A DNA stretch of 64,000 bases, taken from NCBI GenBank assembly GCA_026936335.1, contig JAPMXV010000045.1:248001-312000 (forward strand). The letters run 5' to 3'. Position 1 is the stretch's first letter, and each line of letters starts with the position of its first letter. The DNA comes from Mantamonas sphyraenae STR306 (Eukaryota > Protista > CRuMs). The notes under the pieces are model-generated. The model did not search any database, was not told the origin of the DNA, and saw only the letters and a list, made by a program, of their open reading frames with translations. Both the position numbers and the translations under genes were made by a program. Below, one piece after another: positions 1 to 10,176 of this stretch.

Positions 1-786
1 GCCCTGCTCAAAGTATTTCATCTGGGCATACATACAGCCCACCAGACGCTCCAGCAGCTGCACCTTGGCGTGCGCGTCCACCGTCCGCAGATGTGCGTGG
101 TAGTCGAAGCGACTCTCCATGGCCTCGCCACGTGTGCTTTGAATGTCTGCCATCAGCTCCAGCAATTTCTGACCTTCCAGTTTCGTCTTGTGATTGCTGT
201 GAGAAAACTTATTCAGCGCTGACTCGTGCGCTTCTGTGTGGCTCTTGCTGGCCTCCTTCAGCACCTGTGTCTCCTTGGCGTCATTGGCCACAAACTCCTG
301 CAAGGGGTTCGTAAACATGTCCATCATGTTGGACAGCAAGATGGAGCGTGTGGTCTCCAGGTCCTGCCAGATGCGCGCAAACTCCACGGCCGTCTTGTCC
401 AGGCTTGCGGTGATGGACAGCGTCGAGTTGTCGTCGTGCATGGCGTACTGCGTCAGGGTGCTCGCAAACATGGAGCCCACCTGTGAAAACTCGTTGCCCT
501 TTGCAATGTACGACTGCGAGAGTTCACTCAGCGACGCAAGGTACGCGTGTGCGTCCTTAATGTCGTCCTCGGCCTCTTTGACGGTTGCACGGAAGGCAGG
601 CGAGTCCAACGCCACCTGTCGCAGCGCCGCACTCGTCTGCAAATCAATGTCCAGCTCTGTGTCGGCCTCGGTTGGCTGTTCGATCTCGGGCACATCCATC
701 TCCTTGGGGAGCATCTCTGCCGTGTCGATCCCAATGGACTCCACCACGCTCTTGAACAGGTTGGATGTTTGAGACTCGATGGACAT
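1..786 (-). CDS. BAR-domain protein (ACAP/APPL/oligophrenin-type N-terminal BAR), 5' part; runs off the left edge
   Basis: Not in the ORF track because it has no stop in the window. Minus-strand frame from ATG 786 reads MSIESQTSNLF...ALDSPAFRATVKEAEDDIK...MFTNPLQEFVANDAKE...RFDY...LLERLVGCMYAQMKYFEQG. The DSPxFR motif and helical pattern fit BAR-PH-GAP proteins. Confidence 0.75.
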   Translation of the reverse strand, partial: MSIESQTSNLFKSVVESIGIDTAEMLPKEMDVPEIEQPTEADTELDIDLQTSAALRQVALDSPAFRATVKEAEDDIKDAHAYLASLSELSQSYIAKGNEFSQVGSMFASTLTQYAMHDDNSTLSITASLDKTAVEFARIWQDLETTRSILLSNMMDMFTNPLQEFVANDAKETQVLKEASKSHTEAHESALNKFSHSNHKTKLEGQKLLELMADIQSTRGEAMESRFDYHAHLRTVDAHAKVQLLERLVGCMYAQMKYFEQG

Positions 787-940
787 GATGGTGCACGTGA
801 GCGTGGGTTCGGTCGCAGCGAGAACGCGTGGTGAGGGTTTGCTTGGTTCGGCAGGGAAGAGAGGGGAGCTGCAAGCGCGCTCCACTGCGGCCAACGATCC
901 AGCCCCGAGTGTCCCCTTTTCCAAACTCACCACAGATACT

Positions 941-1315
941 ATGGACGTACTGGACACACAATTGGACGGCATGTTTTGCCCGGACTGCGGGACGCTGCTG
1001 AACTTCAAGCAGGCGGCGCAGGGAACCATCACGTGCGGATTCTGCAAGCTGGAGTTGTCCGGGAACCAAGTGGTCAACACGTCGTCTGTGTCACGCTCGA
1101 GCAGGATATACCACGACGAGGCCGAGGAGGAGGCCGAGGAGGCAGAGCGTGAGGCAGACAAGAAGGAGACGCGCGCAACAATCCGCGAGAAGTGTCCGAA
1201 ATGCGGCTACAAGAAGCTCTTCTTCTCCACAGCCCAGCTGCGCAGCGCCGACGAGGGTCAAACCATCTTTTACGAGTGTGCCAAGTGTGCTCACAAGTGG
1301 TCGCTCAATTCCTGA
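941..1315 (+). CDS. RPA12: RNA polymerase I subunit RPA12 (two zinc ribbons, TFIIS-like C-terminus)
   Basis: FCPDCGTLL...CGFC and CPKCG...QLRSADEGQTIFYECAKCAHKW; ATG 941 is the likely start. Confidence 0.9.
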   Translation: MDVLDTQLDGMFCPDCGTLLNFKQAAQGTITCGFCKLELSGNQVVNTSSVSRSSRIYHDEAEEEAEEAEREADKKETRATIREKCPKCGYKKLFFSTAQLRSADEGQTIFYECAKCAHKWSLNS

Positions 1316-4229
1316 GGCCGTCGCGACGGTGCGCCAGCACGGCAAGCACGTCTTGCGGATTCAGTCCGCGAGTCTCGAGCTCTGCTGTGTCACGCAATTC
1401 CCGCAGCGCTGCCGTATCCATACCAAACACAAGCAACAAACGATCGATGCGCTCCACCAACACTGACGATCCCTCTTGCCCTGCCGTCCCAAAGAAGTCC
1501 TGCAGCTCGGCCCAGTCCTTCTCCAGTGCCCCGACGTCCTCCTGTTCGATCCACCGTGTCTTGTGCTCGCCTCCACCCAGAGCTGCCGGCGAGTCTGTCA
1601 GCACCCGTTCGAACGCCATGATCATCTGTCTGTGCAGCAAGGCGGCTATACGTTCCACACCGCGATCTGTGCACGCCATCACCACACCGTCCCACACCAC
1701 GTTCAGATGTTCCAGAACCTCGCGCACACGCATCCCTTTGGATACTGAGGGTACGTAGAGACGCGTGAGCAGTGGTTTGCGCAGCACGTACCACACAATG
1801 TAGGAGCACAGGTTGTTTGACAACAGCTCCTCCCAGCCCACAATGGCTCGGTGACACGCCTCCACAACCTCCACATTGTCTGCGTGGCCTTTTGTAGCGT
1901 CGTGGCTGTCTTCCACCAGCTGTGCGAGCCCGTCCGCCATGAATTGCAGATTTGTCAGCCGTTGTCCCAACTCCTCCAAATCCACAGCCCCGAGCAGCGC
2001 CTGCACCTCTTCCCGCAGCGTGTATACGTTGTTCCTGCTGCTTCGCGAGGAAGACGACGACGAGGACGTGGAAGGCGTGTAGCGCGGCCGTAGTGGCACG
2101 ATATCCGGGAGTTGCATGATTGGCTCGCACACAAACTTGCCGTAGCGATGCAGCAGGCTGACCATGTGTTTCTGAAACTCGTCCAGCAGCTGGTGGTCGA
2201 GCAAGAACACGTACTCGGTGATCACAGGCAGACATTGGCTGAGGATCTGCATCGTGTCCACAGCCACCGCAGTGGGCCCATTGGTGGAGCCCAGCAACGG
2301 TGTGCTGCGCTTCCAATCCTCAGCCTGCATGGCAGCGAGCAGCAGCGCATTGACGCGCTCCATTTGTTTGTGCATAAAGTCGCGAGCGAGGGGCGCGTAG
2401 ATCTGGGCCAGGTCTGGCACATCCTCCTTGCGAACAGCTTCGCTGCTGAGGAGGGCCTGTTCCAGCTGCTTCAGCGAGCCAAACAGACTCTTGATGTCGA
2501 TGTCTACCTCCTGTACATGTTGAAAGGTGTTTGCGAGCACATCGCGAAAGGCGGCCACGAGTTCGGAAATGGCGACACTCGCGGCAAAAGGATGCAGCTC
2601 GTTGAACGCAGGCGCGTAGAACGATTCTTCGGTGTCTGCCAACAGGGCCACGTCGTCGATGAGTTCCTCCAGCTTCGAGAGAGGCGTGAGGGGCTGCGGG
2701 TAGTTTTCGACCAGGCGCGCAAAATTGCTTCGCATGCTACTTTGGATGAGGTCGACCACAATGGTGGCATCGACACGCTGGGCCCCCTTGGACGTGTTTC
2801 GCTTGCCGTCCAGACCGTGCTGGGACAGTGAGCGCACGCGCGAGGCCTGAGAAATGTGCACGGTTTTCAGATCCAGGGCCAAATGCAGGTGCATGGCCAG
2901 GGGCAGGGCCGGTTGGGCAAACACGCAATAGTAGAAGTGATAGTTGGCGAGTCGCTCGTTGAGGTAGGTGAGCATGCGCGAGACCACTGCCTGGGCGTTG
3001 GCCATCTCCTGTTGATAGTAGGTGCCTGCGTACCACGAAGCCTGCGTCTCTCGCAACAGGTAGATGAGTCTGCGCATGGACTCCCACAGGTCGCGTGGCC
3101 ACTCTTCGTGGATGTATGCGTTGAAAAGGCGGTCGAGCATGACGTAGTTATGCATGTGCAAGGAAATGCCAAGGCCGTCGCGTACGTGACGAAGGAGCTG
3201 CACCATGGATGTATAATGAGGGTGCAGGGCAATGCCTTCGAGTTGCTCCTTGAGCATGCTGTGAGGGTCGTCGTGGAACTGTTCTAGATTGTTAATGTGG
3301 ACCGAGGAGATCTGCTGCAGCTGATCCTCGTCCAGCGAGGCCTGGGACAGCTCTTCACCTTCCTGGTGCCTGTCGACACGGTCTTGGAGCACACACTGGA
3401 GCTGGAAGCCGTAGAGCGTAGTGTTGATGGGAAAGGCGATGGCCAAGTCTGTGGCCGAGCGCAAGTCTGGATCGGCGTGGGCCAGGCCCAGCAACACTCG
3501 TTCGAGCGTTTGCAGGTTGCCCGCAAGGCCACGCTGCAAGTCGTCGCTGTCATTCTGTTTGAGGGAGCGCACATACTTGCAGATGGAGGCATAGTTGCGC
3601 TTCACTAGGTCGCTCACCTCCGATGCAGCCCAGGAGCCTGTCTGGGTGTCCATGTCGATGGAAAAGTCGCCGTTGGTGGTGACCAGGCGGTGGGCATGCA
3701 GAATGAGGGAGGCACAGACGAGAGAGAGCTGACGCGTGGCCCAGGTCTGGAAGTGGGCGTGGCTCTCAAAGTGCGAAGAGGTGTAGTGCCAGAGGAGCAG
3801 CAGATGGTGGTAGAGCGAGTCCACAGGAGCGTGGGAACCATCGATGCCTGCTTCCTGCTCGGTGGATTCGTACAGGGGGACAACGAAGCGGGAAGGGGGC
3901 GCGTGTTGTGTGCCCAGCGAGATCGGGGGCGGGATCTGCAGATGTTGGAAGAGGCGCACATGGCGCAGCTTGGGCACCTTGAGCTCCACACGCACTTCGT
4001 CCATCAGTAACTCCATCTCGGTGTTTGTGATGTCGCCGTCAAAGTGGGTGTTGAGCAGGAGGACCTCGTAGGCGAGGGTGCGGAGCTGCTGTTCGTCCTC
4101 CAGAGCAAACATCTCCGGCTCTGCTGGCACAAGGGCGTCCCACTGTTCCATGCTGTCCACTTGGAGAAGACGCATGGACGATCCGCCGTCGCTGAGGGTC
4201 GACGAGGCGGACGAAGAGGACGAGGCCAT
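1305..4229 (-). CDS. Munc13-homology (MHD/DUF810, PATROL1/Unc-13-like) helical vesicle-tethering protein
   Basis: ~975-aa helical ORF with LAYEVLL, ERLANYH, AMQAEDW, VDTMQIL and FERVLTD...LEKDWAELQDFF motifs typical of MHD1/MHD2. Confidence 0.7.
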   Translation of the reverse strand: MASSSSSASSTLSDGGSSMRLLQVDSMEQWDALVPAEPEMFALEDEQQLRTLAYEVLLLNTHFDGDITNTEMELLMDEVRVELKVPKLRHVRLFQHLQIPPPISLGTQHAPPSRFVVPLYESTEQEAGIDGSHAPVDSLYHHLLLLWHYTSSHFESHAHFQTWATRQLSLVCASLILHAHRLVTTNGDFSIDMDTQTGSWAASEVSDLVKRNYASICKYVRSLKQNDSDDLQRGLAGNLQTLERVLLGLAHADPDLRSATDLAIAFPINTTLYGFQLQCVLQDRVDRHQEGEELSQASLDEDQLQQISSVHINNLEQFHDDPHSMLKEQLEGIALHPHYTSMVQLLRHVRDGLGISLHMHNYVMLDRLFNAYIHEEWPRDLWESMRRLIYLLRETQASWYAGTYYQQEMANAQAVVSRMLTYLNERLANYHFYYCVFAQPALPLAMHLHLALDLKTVHISQASRVRSLSQHGLDGKRNTSKGAQRVDATIVVDLIQSSMRSNFARLVENYPQPLTPLSKLEELIDDVALLADTEESFYAPAFNELHPFAASVAISELVAAFRDVLANTFQHVQEVDIDIKSLFGSLKQLEQALLSSEAVRKEDVPDLAQIYAPLARDFMHKQMERVNALLLAAMQAEDWKRSTPLLGSTNGPTAVAVDTMQILSQCLPVITEYVFLLDHQLLDEFQKHMVSLLHRYGKFVCEPIMQLPDIVPLRPRYTPSTSSSSSSSRSSRNNVYTLREEVQALLGAVDLEELGQRLTNLQFMADGLAQLVEDSHDATKGHADNVEVVEACHRAIVGWEELLSNNLCSYIVWYVLRKPLLTRLYVPSVSKGMRVREVLEHLNVVWDGVVMACTDRGVERIAALLHRQMIMAFERVLTDSPAALGGGEHKTRWIEQEDVGALEKDWAELQDFFGTAGQEGSSVLVERIDRLLLVFGMDTAALRELRDTAELETRGLNPQDVLAVLAHRRDGLRN

Positions 4230-4369
4230 GAGTCGGAGGTGTGGTTTTGGCTGCGCCGTCGCTGCTAGGGGAATTCGCCATGAGCAGCAGCAGTGGCAGC
4301 AGTGTCGTTGCGTCCAGCTCAAGCAGTGGTGCAAATGATGAGGGGAAAGAGAAAAAGGGAAAGCCAAAG

Positions 4370-4797
4370 ATGAAGCTACGCATCAAAAAGTACGTGAGCG
4401 AGTGTGTGTCCAGCGCCAGGGTGTTTTGGCGCCACCGAATCCACTGACGCACACAACGACACCCACAGGTGGCACGCAATCGCAAGTTGGACGTGGGGAC
4501 AGGACGACGATGTGTGTGGCATTTGTCGCGCAAAGTTTGATGCGTGCTGCCCAGGCTGTTCGTTCCCGGGCGACGATTGTCCGCTCTGTAGGTTGGCGCC
4601 GATCTGCCTCGTCGTTTGCCGTGCCTGAACAGATCGGATTGAGACGACTGACACACTCGGGCGACGCATCTGGATTGGGTTGGGCAGTGGTGGGAAACTG
4701 CAAGCATGCGTTTCACATGCACTGCATTCTCAAGTGGGTGGGCTCGCAGAGCGTTCAACCGAAATGCCCCATGTGCAGGCAGCCGTGGTCCATGTGA
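4370..4797 (+). CDS. APC11: Anaphase-promoting complex subunit 11 (RING-H2), 3 exons
   Basis: Exons 4370-4389, 4469-4587, 4688-4797 (GT-AG introns) splice to MKLRIKKWHAIASWTWGQDDDVCGICRAKFDACCPGCSFPGDDCPLLVGNCKHAFHMHCILKW...CPMCRQPW. Confidence 0.92.
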
Positions 4798-4872
4798 GCA
4801 CGTGGTGGGCGATCCGACCCACAAGGGTGTGGGCAGTGTACAGAGAATCCGGGATGCATTTCGTTTCCGGGC

Positions 4873-6993
4873 TCAAACCTCGTCGATTCGCGCACAAGGG
4901 ACAAAGAAAAACATTCCGTCGAAAGCGCGCTTCGGACAGTATGCCAGTTTGGCAAACTGGGCGTAGAACTGCAGCATGTAGGCTGCAGACAGAAATAAAA
5001 CCAAGAGAAGCATACCTCGCGTCTCACGCACCTGTTCCCAGGCACGTAGCAGACGCATGTGCGTGCGGAAGGACTTTGCAGCACGACGTGCGACCCACCG
5101 AGGAACGGCGCTCAGGCAGGATGCGACACCATGCAAAGCACCCGCGTTGTCATCCCCTTTGCGATGTCCCCATGCCTGTTGCCTGCGTGTTGGAGCCTGT
5201 ACCTCGCGTTCTGTGCTCTGCGACGCCTCTCGCGCCTTCGGATCAGTCAGGGACGACGCTGGGCCGGCCAAGTCTTCCGATGCCACGTTTGCCAACGTGT
5301 CCTCTTCGATGTCGCTTGTCTTTGGCATCTGCGCATGGGTGCCTTTGTTTGCCTTTGGCGAGAGGGGCGCCGATTTGGGGCTGGCCTGGAACCGAGCACC
5401 GGCGTACACGACAAACATGGTGACCATGATCTCGACGCCAAACTCAATGGACAGTTGGCCGAGCATGGAGCCCAGACTGGTCCAAACAGGGACTGGGCCG
5501 GAGGCTGAGGCAACCGGGTTGACGCGCATGATGATGACGATGCAGCCACTGACGGTGATGCTGGTCAGCTCGAGAAACTCGGCAAACATGCGGTATCCAT
5601 CGTAGTGGTCGGGCTGCAACGACTCGTTGCGCTGGTATTCGCGGTAGAGCGAGGCCGTTTGGCCACGTCGGCAGCACATCCAGCTCCACACTCGGCTGAG
5701 AGGCTGCATGACATGAGAGTCGATGTCGCGCGCGTTGATGCGCTGCATGGCATCCAGCAGCGAGAGCAGCAGCGAAAGCAAAAGCTGCCCTTCCACACTC
5801 TCCAAGTTGTTGATCAACATCCGCGAAACCAGTGACAGCCCGAACAGGTTGGTGACACAGAACAACGCTGGAAAGCTGCCTCCTTCTTGGGCCGCATACG
5901 TGGCCTGCACACGGCCGGCGGCGTTGATGGCGTCGGACAGAATCGGGTGCAGAAACACGCGTACCAGCGCCTTCTGAAGGTCATTCTGCGCGTACGAGTA
6001 GAAAATGGTGGGCAGAAAGATGATGTAGCACACGTTGACAAACGTCTTGACCATTTGCGTGCGTACGCTGATGCCTGGGAGCCATGAGAAACCGAGCTCG
6101 TTTTGTACGGCCTTGGCCATGGTCCATGCAGCCAGAAACAGCCAGGCAAAGCGAACGACAATCATGGCCAAATTGGACACGGGCAGGTAGTACATGGGCA
6201 GAGTTGACAGCTGGGAAAAGGCCGAAATGACAACCGTTGCAACGAGCCAACCACGTCCAAAACGAGAAACGGACGTGGAAAACACGCGAGTGTACAGCAG
6301 AATGTAGATAATGGGATACAGGATAAGGACGTTGACGGTGCTAAAGATCAGTGTGTCGACGCCAGTGAAATATAGCTTCTGGTCGTCAGGCTGGTCGTCG
6401 AAAGAATCCCTGTACCGCAATCCACGCGCGACCAGCTCCTCGTGGAACGAGACCAGCGACCAGCGAAAGAGAAAAATGAGCGGAAGCATGCAGAGTGAGA
6501 GCACGATGCTGTAGCCCAGCTGCTGTACCTTGTGTTTGGCCACAAGCCATAGCACTTGACGGGTGAGCATTTCTGTGAGGGAACCGCTGGATCGCGGCGT
6601 CTCTGTGCTCAGACTGCGATCTTCCCAGCGGCCCAACTGGATGACGCCGTCATTGTTATCGTCGGTGCCTCCGTTCTCAGATGGCTCTTCGGGCACGGCG
6701 TCAAGAGAAACACTGTGGGTGTGTGAATGTGTGTTGGGCGAACGCGCCACATTGCGCTCGAGGTCGGATGAGCTGTGCCTGGTGGACGAGGATGACAGGC
6801 GCCTCCGCATATGCCGTCCTTGCAGGGGAGAGGCCGTGCGGCCCTCCGTAATCTCCAGCATGGAGGACAACACGTCGTTTTCGATCTCGCGATCGCTCAG
6901 CCGCCGCTGGGGCGTGCGCGAACGCGAGGAAACCGGAGTGTTGGACGAGCGCACACTGGTGGGCGACCTGCGGTCGCTCGCCGTGGTGGTCAT
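4873..6993 (-). CDS. Multi-pass membrane protein of unknown function with long Ser/Arg-rich N-terminus
   Basis: Long ORF (open to 7113) with roughly 9-10 hydrophobic segments; family not recognised; start uncertain. Confidence 0.6.
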   Translation of the reverse strand: MTTTASDRRSPTSVRSSNTPVSSRSRTPQRRLSDREIENDVLSSMLEITEGRTASPLQGRHMRRRLSSSSTRHSSSDLERNVARSPNTHSHTHSVSLDAVPEEPSENGGTDDNNDGVIQLGRWEDRSLSTETPRSSGSLTEMLTRQVLWLVAKHKVQQLGYSIVLSLCMLPLIFLFRWSLVSFHEELVARGLRYRDSFDDQPDDQKLYFTGVDTLIFSTVNVLILYPIIYILLYTRVFSTSVSRFGRGWLVATVVISAFSQLSTLPMYYLPVSNLAMIVVRFAWLFLAAWTMAKAVQNELGFSWLPGISVRTQMVKTFVNVCYIIFLPTIFYSYAQNDLQKALVRVFLHPILSDAINAAGRVQATYAAQEGGSFPALFCVTNLFGLSLVSRMLINNLESVEGQLLLSLLLSLLDAMQRINARDIDSHVMQPLSRVWSWMCCRRGQTASLYREYQRNESLQPDHYDGYRMFAEFLELTSITVSGCIVIIMRVNPVASASGPVPVWTSLGSMLGQLSIEFGVEIMVTMFVVYAGARFQASPKSAPLSPKANKGTHAQMPKTSDIEEDTLANVASEDLAGPASSLTDPKAREASQSTEREVQAPTRRQQAWGHRKGDDNAGALHGVASCLSAVPRWVARRAAKSFRTHMRLLRAWEQVRETRGMLLLVLFLSAAYMLQFYAQFAKLAYCPKRAFDGMFFFVPCARIDEV

Positions 6994-7137
6994 CGCGGGC
7001 ACAGGTTGGTACGGAGCGGTGGCTGGATGGTTGGAGGTGACGGCGCGAAAAGTGTGCTGTTGCTCTCGGAACGTGGACAGCAGCCAGGCGGCAACTCGAA
7101 GGATGTCAATCACAAGAAGCGGTGACCATGTGTGTAT

Positions 7138-8199
7138 TTACAAGATGATGCAGCACTTGCCGCTTCTGTTGCTACGGTTCCGCCTCCGCCCTGTGGGCTG
7201 TTGCGGCTGTGAACTTCCGACGCGCGAAGACCGCCTTCTCGCGCGCTCGCTGCGTGATGAGCGACCAGAACGAGCCGAGTGGGCACTGCGTTCGCTGGGC
7301 ACCTCTTCGATTTCGTCGTCCGCGATGCCAAACGAAGACACTTGCACAAGGGTGCCCACAGAGGGGCGTTTGGGAGGACCTGTGCTGAGCTTGAGGCTGC
7401 TGCCCTTGCTGCCCTTGCTGTGGGTTGAAGAATCGCTGCCCTGCGGCTGCAGCTCATCCTGTGGATGATTGAATGTGGATACCGACAGCGAACTGTGACG
7501 ACGCAGCGGGATGGAAGTGGAAACCCCGGAAAGGGAGGAGGGCTCAACGTCCTTCTGCGGCTCCACAACGGTGACCACATACGTGTCTGCGGCAGGCTCG
7601 GGGGTCACCACACGATGACGTTCACCCTCTGGCGCCTCGTCGTCATCCTCGTTGGTCATGGCCGGTATTTCGATGAATTGGGCTGGCGCAACGGTCGCAG
7701 CGTCGCTGACCACCTCCGTCTCCGCCTTGCTTTTGCTCTTGCCCACCCGCGCCAACTCCGACGTGGCAATCTGTACAGTGTCCCTTCCCAGACCCTGGTA
7801 TGAGCGCCACGGCTCGCTTTCGGCACCTGTATGTTCACTGGTAACACGCAGGAGCTGCTCGTCCAGGAGCGCCTCCAACGCCTTGGCGAGCGCCTTGTCC
7901 ACCTTTTTGGGTGTCTTGAGCTTCTTTGTGACACCTCGATCGCGCAAAAAGGCCAATTTGGCCTCCTGACTCGGGTTGTACGCATCCAGGCTCTCTGTGT
8001 CGTTGTCAGGCACGTCGTAGGCGCCGACGAACTTCCAGCGCAGCACCAGCAGGGCACGGTGCCTGTTCTGGGCCACTGAATCGCCAAACCGGTGTTCCAG
8101 GAATGAGGGTTCGCCGATAGGACGCGACACATACACGGGCGGGTGCCACAACGCATGGTCGTGCCGATCGAGAAACTCAACCGGAGCGGCCTCTTCCAT
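7138..8199 (-). CDS. Hypothetical protein with polybasic tail and C-terminal CaaX motif (CCIIL)
   Basis: ORF from ATG 8199 (MEEAAPVEF) ends RRRNRSNRSGKCCIIL*, a geranylgeranylation-type signal. Confidence 0.6.
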   Translation of the reverse strand: MEEAAPVEFLDRHDHALWHPPVYVSRPIGEPSFLEHRFGDSVAQNRHRALLVLRWKFVGAYDVPDNDTESLDAYNPSQEAKLAFLRDRGVTKKLKTPKKVDKALAKALEALLDEQLLRVTSEHTGAESEPWRSYQGLGRDTVQIATSELARVGKSKSKAETEVVSDAATVAPAQFIEIPAMTNEDDDEAPEGERHRVVTPEPAADTYVVTVVEPQKDVEPSSLSGVSTSIPLRRHSSLSVSTFNHPQDELQPQGSDSSTHSKGSKGSSLKLSTGPPKRPSVGTLVQVSSFGIADDEIEEVPSERSAHSARSGRSSRSERARRRSSRVGSSQPQQPTGRRRNRSNRSGKCCIIL

Positions 8200-8396
8200 T
8201 GGGTGGCCTGGAGCATGACTGGACCCAGCAAGAATGCACTTTGTTCCATGTTTGGGGGCATGGACGTGGTGGATTGTGTGATGGGAGGTGCAGAATGCGG
8301 AGAGGGCGCGACGGCGGCCACGCCATCGCCAGCCCCGGAGGACGTGCAGCACCACCCCACACCCCGCTCACCTGACACCTCACACGCGCGTTGGCC

Positions 8397-8801
8397 ATGA
8401 GTGTGTGTCGCATCAGTAGGACAGAGAACGTAAGTGCCTGCCACAGGCTGTGGAGCGAGCAGCTAAGCGACGAAGAGAACGTGGAGCTGTACGGCAAGTG
8501 CACCCAACGACACGGACACAATTATGCCGTGGAGGTGGTGCTCGAGGGAGAAATCGACGCCGTGACGGGCATGGTGTACAACCTTTCCACCCTCAAAGTG
8601 GCCATGAAGGAGGCCCTGGACGAGCTCGACCACGCGGATTTGGACGAGCTACCGTTTTTTGCCAAGCGGCCGTCCACCACAGAGAATTTGGCTGTGTGCG
8701 TATGGGAGAGAATGCACGAGGCCCTGGGGGACGACGCACATCTCTTGTGTGAGGTTTGCATCCAAGAGACAAGCAAGAACAAGGTTGTGTTTCGCGGCTG
8801 A
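8397..8801 (+). CDS. PTS: 6-pyruvoyl tetrahydropterin synthase
   Basis: SACHRL...ENVELYGKC...HGHNY...TGMVYNL...LDHADLD...STTENLAV...ETSKN; Zn-binding His residues and active-site Cys present. Confidence 0.93.
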   Translation: MSVCRISRTENVSACHRLWSEQLSDEENVELYGKCTQRHGHNYAVEVVLEGEIDAVTGMVYNLSTLKVAMKEALDELDHADLDELPFFAKRPSTTENLAVCVWERMHEALGDDAHLLCEVCIQETSKNKVVFRG

Positions 8802-8980
8802 ACAGCGCGGACCGTGGAGACATGAACAAAGATGGTGTGTGTGTGTGTGTGTGGTGCATTGCCACGTGACTTTACACGTGAAACGGTTCCACGTGCCCGT
8901 GTGCCTCGCTGTGGCTTGATTCCGTGCGTCTTGCGCAAACGAAGAGGCGTCGTCGCCTGCTTGACCAGCCAATTTCAGCC

Positions 8981-10021
8981 ATGCGTGTTTATGTGGAGTG
9001 CAACGATGCACAGGAGTGTTTGGTCATTGCCGACGACGAGGCAGCAGAGATGGACGGTCAAGCGCTGTGTCTGGCGCTGCTGAAGCTGCTGGGTCACGAC
9101 GAGACGGCCTCGACCCACGCCACATGGAAGCTCTATGCACGAGGGGCCTCCAACAAGCTGTATGTCGTGCGTGAAACACTGCAGGACGTGTCGCAGCTCC
9201 ACGGGGCGGAGCTGGTGCTGCAGCAGGAGGCCAAGGTCGAGGGGAAGGGACTCGTAGGCGTCCAGGATGCAGAATGGCAGGCTAGGGTGCAGCTGGCTGC
9301 TTGCTATCGCATTTGGAACCTGTATGGATGGGATGAGGTGATCTACAACCACATCTCGTTGCGTGTGCCCGGTTCCCCGGAGCACTTTCTGATCAACCCG
9401 TTTGGCCTGCACTTTTCGGAGATCACAGCGTCGTCGCTGGTCAAGATTGACATTGATGGCAACATTGTGGACGCCGGGAGCACGACATACGGAGTCAACA
9501 AGGCTGGCTTTGTTATCCACAGTGCTGTGCACGCGAGCAGCGACGAGTACCACTGCGTCGCCCACATGCACAGCGAGGCGAGCGTGGCCGTGTCCTGCAC
9601 CAAGCGTGGCCTGGTACCCTTCAACCAAGTGGCCATGATTGTGGGCAACGTGGCCTACCACGACTACGAAGGCATTTCGGTGGACACGGACGAACGGAAG
9701 CGTCTCGTCCAGGATCTTGGCGACTGCAGGGTCATGTTGCTGCGCTCTCACGGCGCCCTCACGGTGGGTAAAACCATTGGAGAGGCATTTTACCTCACCT
9801 TTATGCTGGACAAGGCGTGCCGCATCCAGATCGACACGCTGTCCATGCTCGGCCCCGAGGCGTTTGACGACGCACAAATGGTCCAGGTCGATGACGGCAT
9901 TGTACAAAAGACGCGTGAGATTGCGAGGGGGTTCACCAGTGATGACGGCGGATTTGGTTTCATGGAGTTTGAGGCGATGATGCGCATGCTGGACCGCACT
10001 CAGCCCGATTTTCGCGAATGA
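8981..10021 (+). CDS. Class II aldolase/adducin-head family protein with ~85-aa N-terminal extension
   Basis: RVQLAACYR...YNHISLRVP...FLINPFGLHFSEITASSLVKID...GFVIHSAVH...CVAHMH...LRSHG. Confidence 0.88.
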   Translation: MRVYVECNDAQECLVIADDEAAEMDGQALCLALLKLLGHDETASTHATWKLYARGASNKLYVVRETLQDVSQLHGAELVLQQEAKVEGKGLVGVQDAEWQARVQLAACYRIWNLYGWDEVIYNHISLRVPGSPEHFLINPFGLHFSEITASSLVKIDIDGNIVDAGSTTYGVNKAGFVIHSAVHASSDEYHCVAHMHSEASVAVSCTKRGLVPFNQVAMIVGNVAYHDYEGISVDTDERKRLVQDLGDCRVMLLRSHGALTVGKTIGEAFYLTFMLDKACRIQIDTLSMLGPEAFDDAQMVQVDDGIVQKTREIARGFTSDDGGFGFMEFEAMMRMLDRTQPDFRE

Positions 10022-10176
10022 AGACATGGTGGGCGATCCCACGTGCAGCAAGCGTGAACAGGATTCCGATCACAAACGATCAACGGACATGAAGCCCGTC
10101 CCTTGCCTCCCCACTCACGCTGAGACGATGCAGGGAAGACGCGCGTCCACAACCACCACAGACAAACACATCAGCA

